64,000 nt of DNA, from NCBI GenBank assembly GCA_030651475.1, contig JAUSEW010000027.1:109614-173613 (forward strand). The letters run 5' to 3'. Both the position numbers and the translations under genes were made by a program. Every line of letters begins with the position of its first letter. Within the stretch, counting starts at the first letter, position 1. Under the pieces are notes generated by a model. The model searched no databases, had not been told where the DNA came from, and worked only from the letters and a program-made list of their open reading frames with translations. The DNA comes from Candidatus Levyibacteriota bacterium (lineage in GTDB: Bacteria > Patescibacteriota > Microgenomatia > Levybacterales > UBA12049). Shown piece by piece: positions 46,259-55,231 of the stretch.

Positions 46259-48001
46259 TTAATTTTTTCTAGAATTAACAGTTAGATATATAATTTGCAG
46301 TAATAGTACTGTTATTATAGATGATAAGGAGAAGATGCTTATTAACTGGGAAATCGTTCTAATTTTGGTATTTTGGAATTTCAACTCTGCCTTATATATA
46401 CCACGATTTAATTTAAAGGTGATAACTCCCATGTATTTGGGATTTTTGAATTCGATTGGATGAGGGGAATTGTCTATAAACAATTCCCAGTTTGGGAAAT
46501 ATAAAGTGTTTTCTTTAATTATCACATCTGTTTTAGCATCAATTAGATATTCATGATCCGTTGGGTTTCTGTGGATTTGCTTGATTTCGGCTTTGCCCTT
46601 TATTGTTTCTATTGGTAATTTAGGTATATCTTTCAAAACAATATGATTTAAATTAGGATAAACTTTTTTATATATCGGGTCTAATGGGTCATAATATTCT
46701 GTATATAGCGTCTCGTAGCCCGCTCGGTTTATTTTTTGTTCAGGTACAGTTTTTCTGTTCCCCCAGTTGAGAATTGTTGAAAAAATTGTAAAAATACAGA
46801 TAATAAATACTATTTTTTTATTTAATTTTTTTGCAGTAATTGCTGCTATCGCTGATAATATAAAAGCAATGGGAACCAATAACCTCCATGCAAATTGAAA
46901 GTTATTAAGGTACGAAAAAGTTTCCCATATTTTTTTGGATTCTGATTGCGTCATGAAGGCTAGTATGAAAAAAGAAATTTGAAAAAATAGGAGAAACAAT
47001 CTTTCTCTTTTATTTCTAATTTTTTTAATTAGTAAAATTGATATAGCTAGTAGTAATAGCTGTGTATAGCCTAAAAGATAATACGTTTCCCCGTGGTGGC
47101 CTTGAAACAATAATCCGAACATAGTAGGAGAGTAAAAAAGTTCCCATAGTGATAAAAATCCAGTTGTAGGCAATGTAAAGGAATACAAAGTATATTGCAC
47201 TTCGAATTTTGCTGGTATCCAATAAAATGAAGATACTAACAATCCAAGAATTATAGAGCTAAGCCAATAAAGAAGGTCAATTTTTCTTTTATTTTTCTTT
47301 TTTACCCAAATAATAAAAGTATAAATGGCAACCAGATGAAGCGTGATTAGCGAGGTTGATAAATGTGACAACATTAGAAAAGCAAAGCTTATGGCTCCCA
47401 AAATTAAAAATTTATATTTTCTCGTTTCGATAATCTTTTTGGAAAATAGGAAAATTAATGGTATAAAAGCAAAAGATAAAGTTTCTCCAACAGATGCTCT
47501 AAAATGCATATCTACTAAATGATAAGGAGCAAAGAGATATACAAGTGATGCTAAAAATCCGGGAATTTTACCAAATTCTTCCTTTGCCCATAAATACATT
47601 GTAATCCCAGAGACTATATAGGCTGATATGAAAACTAATTTCATACTATTGAGGAAAGAAAATCCTATAAAGTGAAAAAGTGAGGCAAGATAAAATGGTA
47701 AGGGATACAAAAATATAAAAACTGGAGTTCCGTAACCAACATTCGTCCATTGTGGAAACAAATTTCCAGCTTGTAAATTTTCATAGAAAGACATGGCATA
47801 ATGAGCATGTAGAGTTAAATCTCCGCTCTCATAAGTTCCCTTTCTAAGGATGCTTATGAGAGGAAGTAGGGAGATTAAAATTAAGAGGAATAATGGATTA
47901 ATATTACGTTTTGGATAGATATACTTATAGATTAATACTCCGGAGAATAATGAAATTGAAGCAATTAAATTTACTACAACCATTCTATATACATCTATCA
48001 T
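46259..48001 (-). CDS. Multi-TM membrane protein, PTPS-related/YfhO-like GT-C family (paralog 2)
   Basis: Same motifs as 44506-46254 and clearly alignable along its full length. Confidence 0.8.
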   Translation of the reverse strand: MIDVYRMVVVNLIASISLFSGVLIYKYIYPKRNINPLFLLILISLLPLISILRKGTYESGDLTLHAHYAMSFYENLQAGNLFPQWTNVGYGTPVFIFLYPLPFYLASLFHFIGFSFLNSMKLVFISAYIVSGITMYLWAKEEFGKIPGFLASLVYLFAPYHLVDMHFRASVGETLSFAFIPLIFLFSKKIIETRKYKFLILGAISFAFLMLSHLSTSLITLHLVAIYTFIIWVKKKNKRKIDLLYWLSSIILGLLVSSFYWIPAKFEVQYTLYSFTLPTTGFLSLWELFYSPTMFGLLFQGHHGETYYLLGYTQLLLLAISILLIKKIRNKRERLFLLFFQISFFILAFMTQSESKKIWETFSYLNNFQFAWRLLVPIAFILSAIAAITAKKLNKKIVFIICIFTIFSTILNWGNRKTVPEQKINRAGYETLYTEYYDPLDPIYKKVYPNLNHIVLKDIPKLPIETIKGKAEIKQIHRNPTDHEYLIDAKTDVIIKENTLYFPNWELFIDNSPHPIEFKNPKYMGVITFKLNRGIYKAELKFQNTKIRTISQLISIFSLSSIITVLLLQIIYLTVNSRKN

Positions 48002-48897
48002 AAGAATTTTATTTTATTGAGCGTTCCTTTTAGGTATCTTAAAAACTCTACAATCATAAATAAGACGAGTCTTGCTAAAATTCCTGCATAAACAACTAAG
48101 TTTATTAAAAAAAAGTTTTGATTTGAATAATGCTTGTTGTAATACAAAAATATTCCTTTATGGAAAAGAAATAATGCTCTTAGTCTAAATTTACTTGTCG
48201 TTCCTCCATGCATATGTTTTACTTGAATTTTTGGAAAATAATATACGTCCCACCCTGCTTTTATCGCCCTATAGCAATAATCTGTGTCTTCGCAGTAGAT
48301 AAAAAACTGTTCATCTAAATAGCCTATTTCCTCAATGAGACTTTTTCTTATCAGCATAAATGCTCCAAGACCTCCAACCTTTGCGGGTTCGTTGTCAGAA
48401 AGATAAGTCATATAATAATTTATAGATTTGATTTTCGGAAATAATTTATATAAACCAAATGGCTGGAAAAATGAGTTTTTCAAAGTAGGTATAGCATGCT
48501 TACAGGGAAGATCCGAAGATCCGTCATGTCTTATAATTTTGCAGCCGCAAATGCCAACGTTTCGATTGTTGTTCATAAAATCTATTAGTAGGTTTATCGA
48601 TGTGTCTTTCGTAAAGTTTACGTCGGAATTTAATTGAAGAATATATCTTCCCTTGGCGAGCTTTGTTCCAATATTACAGCTCTTGCTATATCCTAAATTT
48701 TTAATATTTCTTATTGCTTTGATTTTAGGAAAATATTTATTGATTATTTCTACAGAGTTGTCTGTAGACCCGTCATCTACGACAATAATCTCAAAAGAAA
48801 TATTCCTAGTGTTTCTATAAATAGAAGAAAGTGTATTTTTCAGTATTTTACTGGTGTTATAGTTACAGATGACTATTGATATGTCTGGAAGTTTCAT
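47998..48897 (-). CDS. GT2 glycosyltransferase (WbbL/rhamnosyltransferase-like)
   Basis: SIVI.NYNT, VDDGSTD, NLGY...N.G, LNSD, GAFMLIR, DE.FFIY.EDTD.C.R. Confidence 0.9.
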   Translation of the reverse strand: MKLPDISIVICNYNTSKILKNTLSSIYRNTRNISFEIIVVDDGSTDNSVEIINKYFPKIKAIRNIKNLGYSKSCNIGTKLAKGRYILQLNSDVNFTKDTSINLLIDFMNNNRNVGICGCKIIRHDGSSDLPCKHAIPTLKNSFFQPFGLYKLFPKIKSINYYMTYLSDNEPAKVGGLGAFMLIRKSLIEEIGYLDEQFFIYCEDTDYCYRAIKAGWDVYYFPKIQVKHMHGGTTSKFRLRALFLFHKGIFLYYNKHYSNQNFFLINLVVYAGILARLVLFMIVEFLRYLKGTLNKIKFL

Positions 48898-48987
48898 TCT
48901 ATGTACTGCATTTTAGCATTTCTTTGTTAAAAACGAAACTAAATTGAAAATGAGGTTAAATATAGAATTTTATGGTAGAATTGTTAG

Positions 48988-50247
48988 GTGTTAACGACAG
49001 TAAATAATTTAATAGAAATAAAAAAATGCAGAATATGTGAGGGAGCAGAGCTATTCGATGTGATTGATTTAGGCGATCAGCCGATTCCAAACGGTTTTTT
49101 GTCGAAAAAAGATCTTACGAAGAAAGAACCAAGATACCCCCTTATTGTTTGTTTTTGCAGCAATTGCTCATTGCTTCAGTTAAGATATTTAGTTAATCCC
49201 GAAGTTATGTTTAAGAATTACCTATACATACCGTCTTCTTCCAAGACAAGGGTTGAGCATTTTCGAAAACTTGCAGAAAGCATGAACTCAATTATTAAAT
49301 TAGATGATAAATCCCTAGTGATTGACATAGGAAGTAACGATGGGAGTTTGCTTATATGTTTTAGAAACTTAGGGGTAAGAGTTTTGGGAATAGATCCTGC
49401 GGAAAATCTGGTTAAAATAGCAGCTCTTAATGGGATTGAAACGATTAGGGGATATTTCGACTCTAAACTGGCATTAAAGACTGCAAGGAGATATGGAAAA
49501 GCAAAAATAATTCTGTCCACAAACACAATAGCTCATATCCCAAACCTTCATGAAGCATTAAAGGGAGTGAGTGTATTAATGGGAAAAGAAGGAATATTTG
49601 TAATGCAATTTCCATACGTTATGGATCTGCTCGATAAGAATCTTTTTGACACCATTTATCACGAGCATCTTTCGTATTTTTCTTTAAAATCTTTATTAAA
49701 GCTATCGGAAAAATCCGAGCTGGAAATATTTGATATAGAAAGAAATGACTTGGATGGTGGAGCAATAAGAGTATTTTGGAAAAGAAAGGCAGGGACACTA
49801 AATAAAGTTAATAAAAAAAACATAAACAGAATTCTTGAGGAAGAAAAGAAGTATGGTTTGTATGAAAAAAAAACGTATAGTAAATTTGCAGATAGAATAA
49901 AAACACTGAAAATTACCTTTTTGCAAAAGATTAGCGATCTTAAGAAAAATAAAAAGAAAATTGTCGGTTATGGAGCAGCAGCCAAAGCTAATGTTTTGTT
50001 GAATTATTTTGGGCTTGATACAAAAACCATAGATTATATCGTAGATTCCACTCCGTATAAGCAAGGGCTTTTTACTCCGGGTACACATATACCAATTTAT
50101 TCTGAAGATAAAATTTACAATACTATCCCTGATTACGTTTTGATTTTCGCTTGGAATTTCAGCAAAGAAATTATTCAAAAAAACAAGAAATATAAGGATA
50201 ATGGTGGAAAATTTATCCTTGCTGAGCCCAAACTGCAAATCATTTAG
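48988..50247 (+). CDS. NDP-hexose C-methyltransferase-like SAM-dependent methyltransferase
   Basis: CRIC...DLG.QP..N, C.NCSLLQL, DIGSNDG, FDTIYHEHLSYFS, GYGAAAKAN, KQG.FTPG.HIPI, AWNF..EI. Confidence 0.9.
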   Translation: MLTTVNNLIEIKKCRICEGAELFDVIDLGDQPIPNGFLSKKDLTKKEPRYPLIVCFCSNCSLLQLRYLVNPEVMFKNYLYIPSSSKTRVEHFRKLAESMNSIIKLDDKSLVIDIGSNDGSLLICFRNLGVRVLGIDPAENLVKIAALNGIETIRGYFDSKLALKTARRYGKAKIILSTNTIAHIPNLHEALKGVSVLMGKEGIFVMQFPYVMDLLDKNLFDTIYHEHLSYFSLKSLLKLSEKSELEIFDIERNDLDGGAIRVFWKRKAGTLNKVNKKNINRILEEEKKYGLYEKKTYSKFADRIKTLKITFLQKISDLKKNKKKIVGYGAAAKANVLLNYFGLDTKTIDYIVDSTPYKQGLFTPGTHIPIYSEDKIYNTIPDYVLIFAWNFSKEIIQKNKKYKDNGGKFILAEPKLQII

Positions 50248-50252
50248 AAGGT

Positions 50253-51176
50253 ATGAAGATTTCATTTATCGCAACAGTTTTGAATGAAGAGAATAATATT
50301 GAGAAATTTTTATATTCAGTTGTTGTTCAATCTCGTAAGGCAGATCAAATTATTATTGTTGATGGTGGTTCCACCGATCGTACTGTTTCTCGAATCTCCA
50401 GCTTCGGCACCAAAATTAAATTAATAATTAAAAAAGGCAATAGATCCATTGGAAGAAATGAGGCGATAAGACAAGCTACGGGAGATATTATCGTTTGTTC
50501 TGACGCAGGCTGCATATTGGATAAAAATTGGATTAAAGGAATTACGGAGCCATTTAGGGAGCAGGATGTAGATGTTGTTGCGGGTTACTATAGAGGAGAA
50601 CCTAAAAATTCTTTTGAGAAATGTATAATTCCCTATTTCTTAGTCATGGAAGATCGAGTAGATCCGAATAATTTTCTCCCGGCAACAAGGTCAATGGCTT
50701 TCAAGAAATCAATTTGGGAAAGGGTTGGAGGATTTCCTGAAAAATTTAGCAATAACGAAGATTATATATTTGCAAGAAACCTTAAAAGAATAAAAGCAAA
50801 AATCGTTTTTGAGAAAGATGCGATAGCTTATTGGTTACCGAAAGAAAATCTTAAAGAAGTACTTATCTCTTTCTATCGTTTTGCAAAAGGCGATACGGAG
50901 TCAGGAATTTTCAGACCCAAGGTAATCATCCTTTTTATGCGTTATTTTATCGGGTTAATTCTCCTATTTACTTTTGTAGTATTAAAAATATACATAATAT
51001 TCAATACATTATACTTAATACTTATTTTATATATTCTTTGGTCAATATTTAAAAATTATAAATACGTAAGGAGATTAGAAGCGCTATATTACTTGCCTTT
51101 AATTCAAATAAGCAGCGATCTGGCAATCATAATTGGGACTGCTGTCGGTTTACTTCGTCGTAAGAAAGCTAGTTAA
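50253..51176 (+). CDS. GT2 glycosyltransferase with C-terminal TM helices
   Basis: TVLNEE, VDGGSTD.T, GRN..I, DAGC, RSMAF.K..W..VGGFPE, EDY.F. Confidence 0.9.
   Translation: MKISFIATVLNEENNIEKFLYSVVVQSRKADQIIIVDGGSTDRTVSRISSFGTKIKLIIKKGNRSIGRNEAIRQATGDIIVCSDAGCILDKNWIKGITEPFREQDVDVVAGYYRGEPKNSFEKCIIPYFLVMEDRVDPNNFLPATRSMAFKKSIWERVGGFPEKFSNNEDYIFARNLKRIKAKIVFEKDAIAYWLPKENLKEVLISFYRFAKGDTESGIFRPKVIILFMRYFIGLILLFTFVVLKIYIIFNTLYLILILYILWSIFKNYKYVRRLEALYYLPLIQISSDLAIIIGTAVGLLRRKKAS
50990..51024 (+). repeat. ATACTTA-type heptamer array x5 inside the GT2 gene (YIIFNTLYLIL)
   Basis: atacata-atattca-atacatt-atactta-atactta. Confidence 0.7.
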
Positions 51177-51179
51177 ATT

Positions 51180-52835
51180 ATGGACAATAAATTAGTTTCT
51201 CTTAAAAATATTTGCTTGTCCCCTCTTTTCGTAGGAATAATATTTTTTTTATCACTACAGCTTCAATTGTTCAATTTAGATATAGGCTTTAGGGATGAAG
51301 GTTATTTGTTAAATAATGCCCAAAGAATAAATAATGGCGAAATGCCCTACGTAGATTTCTTCTTAGCTATTACACCGGGAACTTACTACATTCAAGCTTT
51401 TGTTATGAAAATATTTGGTAACTATATTATTACAGACAGAATTCTTTACATACTGTGCGTTATCTTAATTTTAATATTAAGTTCAAGGCTGTTTAAATTT
51501 ACATCATATTTAAACTACATATTTTTAATATCTTTAGGAATCATATATGCTGGTAAGCTATCGTTTGCATCCTACAACATTGAAGCTCTAGTTTTTATTA
51601 TAATTTCACTTTTACTATTTAATAAATTGATAAGTAATGATAGGGAACACAAATATTCATTTCTAATTGGATTAATGAACTCTATCGTTTTTATTTTCAA
51701 ACAAAGCTATGGCGGAGTATTCTTTCTTACGCTTTTAATTTTGATAACATTTTTTACAAAACGCAGATATTTGGCCAAAAACATTTTTTTATATTTATTA
51801 GGGGGCTTAATAGTGCCCGCTATTTTTTCATTATTCTTTTATTTAAACGGTTCCCTATATAAATTAGTTAATGCCATATTTTATTCTGCATTGTCTGTAA
51901 AAAACGATCGATTGCCATTTATTTTAACATCACTTTTATTTATTGCATTTTTTGCGTTTGTTTTTAATTTTGCTAAAAAGTTTTCTTTGAAAAGAATAAT
52001 TTTATCAGTATGTCTTTTTTTACTCTTTCTTGCCTTATATATCTTAATATCTCCAGGCAGAATGCATTACATATATGGTTTTTATAAAGATACCTCGGTG
52101 TATTATTTCTTGATTTTTCTTACAGCGCCAATAATTTTAATTAATTTATTTTTTAAATCAAATAGTAAGCAAGAAAGATATCTGGTGATTATATCTATCG
52201 AAGCGCTAGGCCTGTTTTTGGCAAGTGCTTTTTCAGGCAGAGATTATGCGACAGTGGTGGTAACGGCTCCTTTATATATACCGCTTTTTTTCTACGCTTT
52301 AGTAATTATATGCAAAAAATTTAGGTTACCTACAAATAACATCTTAATAACGTTATTATTAGCATTATTTATATTTCCATCCATCTCCTATCTAGCTAAG
52401 ACTTATGGAAAATTGTACGGAATAGGATATGATAAGGAAATTTATGTCAATTTGAATATAAAGCAAGCAAAATATATTAATATTCCGATAAGTCAAAAAA
52501 ATGATTTGGAACCATTAATTGATTACGTAAAAAAAGTATCGTTGAATAATGGTAAATTACTCTGTTTTCCATATTGTCCACTTCTAAATTTTTTGACTGA
52601 CAGGGATAACGCATCATATTTTAATTTTTTCTATAAATTTAGACCAGGCGATCAAAACAAGGTCATAGTGGATATTGGTAATAATAAAAATATAATTATT
52701 CTAATACAAAAAATGGGAGAAATAGAAAAAGAAGCGAATTACGAAGACGAAAAACTTAGTGTTTTAAAAACATTTATTCAAACGAATTACAAGCCAACTA
52801 AAACCACGCAGAATTTTTATATTTACAAAAATTAA
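51180..52835 (+). CDS. Multi-TM GT-C-like membrane protein
   Basis: DEGY.L..A.RI..GE.PY.DFF...TPG, KQ.YG; many TM segments. Confidence 0.7.
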   Translation: MDNKLVSLKNICLSPLFVGIIFFLSLQLQLFNLDIGFRDEGYLLNNAQRINNGEMPYVDFFLAITPGTYYIQAFVMKIFGNYIITDRILYILCVILILILSSRLFKFTSYLNYIFLISLGIIYAGKLSFASYNIEALVFIIISLLLFNKLISNDREHKYSFLIGLMNSIVFIFKQSYGGVFFLTLLILITFFTKRRYLAKNIFLYLLGGLIVPAIFSLFFYLNGSLYKLVNAIFYSALSVKNDRLPFILTSLLFIAFFAFVFNFAKKFSLKRIILSVCLFLLFLALYILISPGRMHYIYGFYKDTSVYYFLIFLTAPIILINLFFKSNSKQERYLVIISIEALGLFLASAFSGRDYATVVVTAPLYIPLFFYALVIICKKFRLPTNNILITLLLALFIFPSISYLAKTYGKLYGIGYDKEIYVNLNIKQAKYINIPISQKNDLEPLIDYVKKVSLNNGKLLCFPYCPLLNFLTDRDNASYFNFFYKFRPGDQNKVIVDIGNNKNIIILIQKMGEIEKEANYEDEKLSVLKTFIQTNYKPTKTTQNFYIYKN

Positions 52836-52841
52836 AGCAGT

Positions 52842-53243
52842 ATGAATAAAAAGAATCTTAACAAACTTTTTAATATTTATTTAGCTTTGTTGTCTTTAGT
52901 ATTGCTTAATAGTTTATTCCCTCATGCTCTGCCTACGCATAAAATAATTTATTTTTTTACGATATTAATAATTTTAGCGCCTATGTTTTTACTTCTGATT
53001 AACCTTCTGAATCTAAAAGGTTTTATAAAGTTTGTTATTTATTTGGGACTATTTGATCTAACCTTATTCTTATCTTTCAGATTCCTGAGGACATTATTTC
53101 CACTGCCGGAAATTTTGGGCAATAAAATAATAGGATATGCGCAGTATTTTGGCTATCCTATTTATTTCGACAATCTAGTTTTTATTATCCTATTTTTTAT
53201 TCCTGCTTTGATTTTCCTAATTTTATTTAATAAGAAAAGATGA
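52842..53243 (+). CDS. Small membrane protein
   Basis: About 4 hydrophobic segments; coupled to the next gene. Confidence 0.65.
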   Translation: MNKKNLNKLFNIYLALLSLVLLNSLFPHALPTHKIIYFFTILIILAPMFLLLINLLNLKGFIKFVIYLGLFDLTLFLSFRFLRTLFPLPEILGNKIIGYAQYFGYPIYFDNLVFIILFFIPALIFLILFNKKR

Positions 53244-55231
53244 AATTGCCATTAACCATTAAAAAATTTAATTTGGATACAGTATTGGTTTTCGTGTTGA
53301 CCTTAGCTATTTCAATTAAGGATTTTTTGTTTTCTTGTGTCAGTTTCTCGCAATTCAGCTTTGATTATCAAATACCATTAAGTTGGTACTTTGCAGCTTC
53401 AAAAAATCTTTTGCCATACAGAGATATTTATTATCCCTATGGCATAATGTTTTATTTTAGAGATCATAATATTGTTTTAAGTTTGTTTTACTTAATTTTA
53501 ATGCCCGTTTTGTTTACAGGTATTTTTATTCTTTTTATGAAGCTATGGGGAAATAGGGTATTTGCATATATTTCTTTTATTTCACTTTTTATATTTATAG
53601 CGAAATTTTCAGGATGGGAAAATTTTAATAGATATGGAATTATTCTTCTCTTGACATTAATTTTTTCTTTTATATTTGCAAAAAAAGAATGTGTGGGAAA
53701 AAAGATGATATTTACGATGGGATTCATAACAGGTGTCATTTTCTCGCTCGTAAACGATCAGGGAATATATGTATTAGCGGTATTCATATTATTCCTAGCG
53801 ACTGATTCATTAATTAGACACAGTATAAGCAAATTGTTTAATTTAGGCTATTGTTTCCTATTGGTGAGACAAATGCTTGTTTTTTTTATCGGTTTAGTCT
53901 TAGGCATAAGTCCCTATGTGTATTTTTTGATTGCAAATAAAGCGGTTTTGGGTTTTATTAATTACCTAAAAAGCTTACTGGATTTTTCACTTTATGCAAA
54001 GACTCCGTTCATTCCTTTTTCTATGACATCGGATAATATATTTACATTTCTTATTTTATCATCAACAATTCTTCTTCTCGTAATTAAATTAGCATCATTT
54101 AGAAAAATTTCTTCACTAGCTTCTTATATGGAGATAGGTATTGTCTTTGTAATTCTTTTATTGGAGCAAAAGAGCTTTATTCGTTCCATAAGCACACAAA
54201 TTACTTTTATCAGTTTCTTATTATTTCTAATCCTATTTTATGAAATATGTTTAGTTCTAATCAGATGCGAGATAAAATATTACAAAATTGTAATTTATTA
54301 TATTTTACTTTGTTTAGTAATTTTATTTGCCTTGAGCTTACATCCAATGAGTTTCTATACAGAAATCAATTATGCGTATAAAGGAATAAGCATAGATAAG
54401 GAGTGTCTTAAGACAAATTTGGTTTTTTTATCTAGCAAAGATGAAAAGTATATTCTAGCAAAAGAAACAATAAGGAAAGATGCACGTTCAAGTACTAAAA
54501 TTTTTGATTATCTAAGCGATCCAATTTTTTATCCGTTATTTAATCAGAATCCTCCCTTTTATTTTACGATATTTGAGGCAACTCCCGAATATGCCCAAAA
54601 TAGGAATATAGAATATATAAAAAAGAATAAAATAAATTATGTCATTTACAATACGGATGTCGTAAGATTGCAGGATGGCGTTCCTGACTATGCAAGACAA
54701 AACAAATTATTTAAGTTTATCCTAAATAACTTTTCAGTTTATGATAAAGTTGATAATTTTATTATTTTCAAAAGAACAGCCAATGGCGTTTGGGAAAATG
54801 ACAATTTAGATAAAATTCCAAGCTTCAGGCAATACATTCTTAATGTTAATTTAGAATCTATTCCTAAGTCAGAGGGTATTTACAAAAGTAAAACAATTAA
54901 TAAATTGAAGCAAATAGCTTCCTCAAATTCCATAAATGAGATTAATAACTTTTTTACTAAAAATAATATCAGTTCGGATGATAAGATTTTGGTTCTAACG
55001 CCAGATTCGAATATAAGTACTAAAAAAACGGAAATAATAATAACTACAAACGATTTAGAGACAACGGCAATTATTTTTAATAAGTGTGATGCTAATGATC
55101 AATGCATAATTAATCTTTCAAATGTGCCTCTTTTTTATAAAAATAGAACTATAAAAAAGATAGAAATAGATAAAAATTTCAGCGGAAATATAAAGATATT
55201 GAATGGTAATTCGCCAAATAGTTTATGGTAA
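53240..55231 (+). CDS. Multi-TM membrane protein, GT-C-like
   Basis: LPYRDIYYPYG, DQG.Y; many TM segments and a soluble C-terminal domain. Confidence 0.65.
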   Translation: MKLPLTIKKFNLDTVLVFVLTLAISIKDFLFSCVSFSQFSFDYQIPLSWYFAASKNLLPYRDIYYPYGIMFYFRDHNIVLSLFYLILMPVLFTGIFILFMKLWGNRVFAYISFISLFIFIAKFSGWENFNRYGIILLLTLIFSFIFAKKECVGKKMIFTMGFITGVIFSLVNDQGIYVLAVFILFLATDSLIRHSISKLFNLGYCFLLVRQMLVFFIGLVLGISPYVYFLIANKAVLGFINYLKSLLDFSLYAKTPFIPFSMTSDNIFTFLILSSTILLLVIKLASFRKISSLASYMEIGIVFVILLLEQKSFIRSISTQITFISFLLFLILFYEICLVLIRCEIKYYKIVIYYILLCLVILFALSLHPMSFYTEINYAYKGISIDKECLKTNLVFLSSKDEKYILAKETIRKDARSSTKIFDYLSDPIFYPLFNQNPPFYFTIFEATPEYAQNRNIEYIKKNKINYVIYNTDVVRLQDGVPDYARQNKLFKFILNNFSVYDKVDNFIIFKRTANGVWENDNLDKIPSFRQYILNVNLESIPKSEGIYKSKTINKLKQIASSNSINEINNFFTKNNISSDDKILVLTPDSNISTKKTEIIITTNDLETTAIIFNKCDANDQCIINLSNVPLFYKNRTIKKIEIDKNFSGNIKILNGNSPNSLW

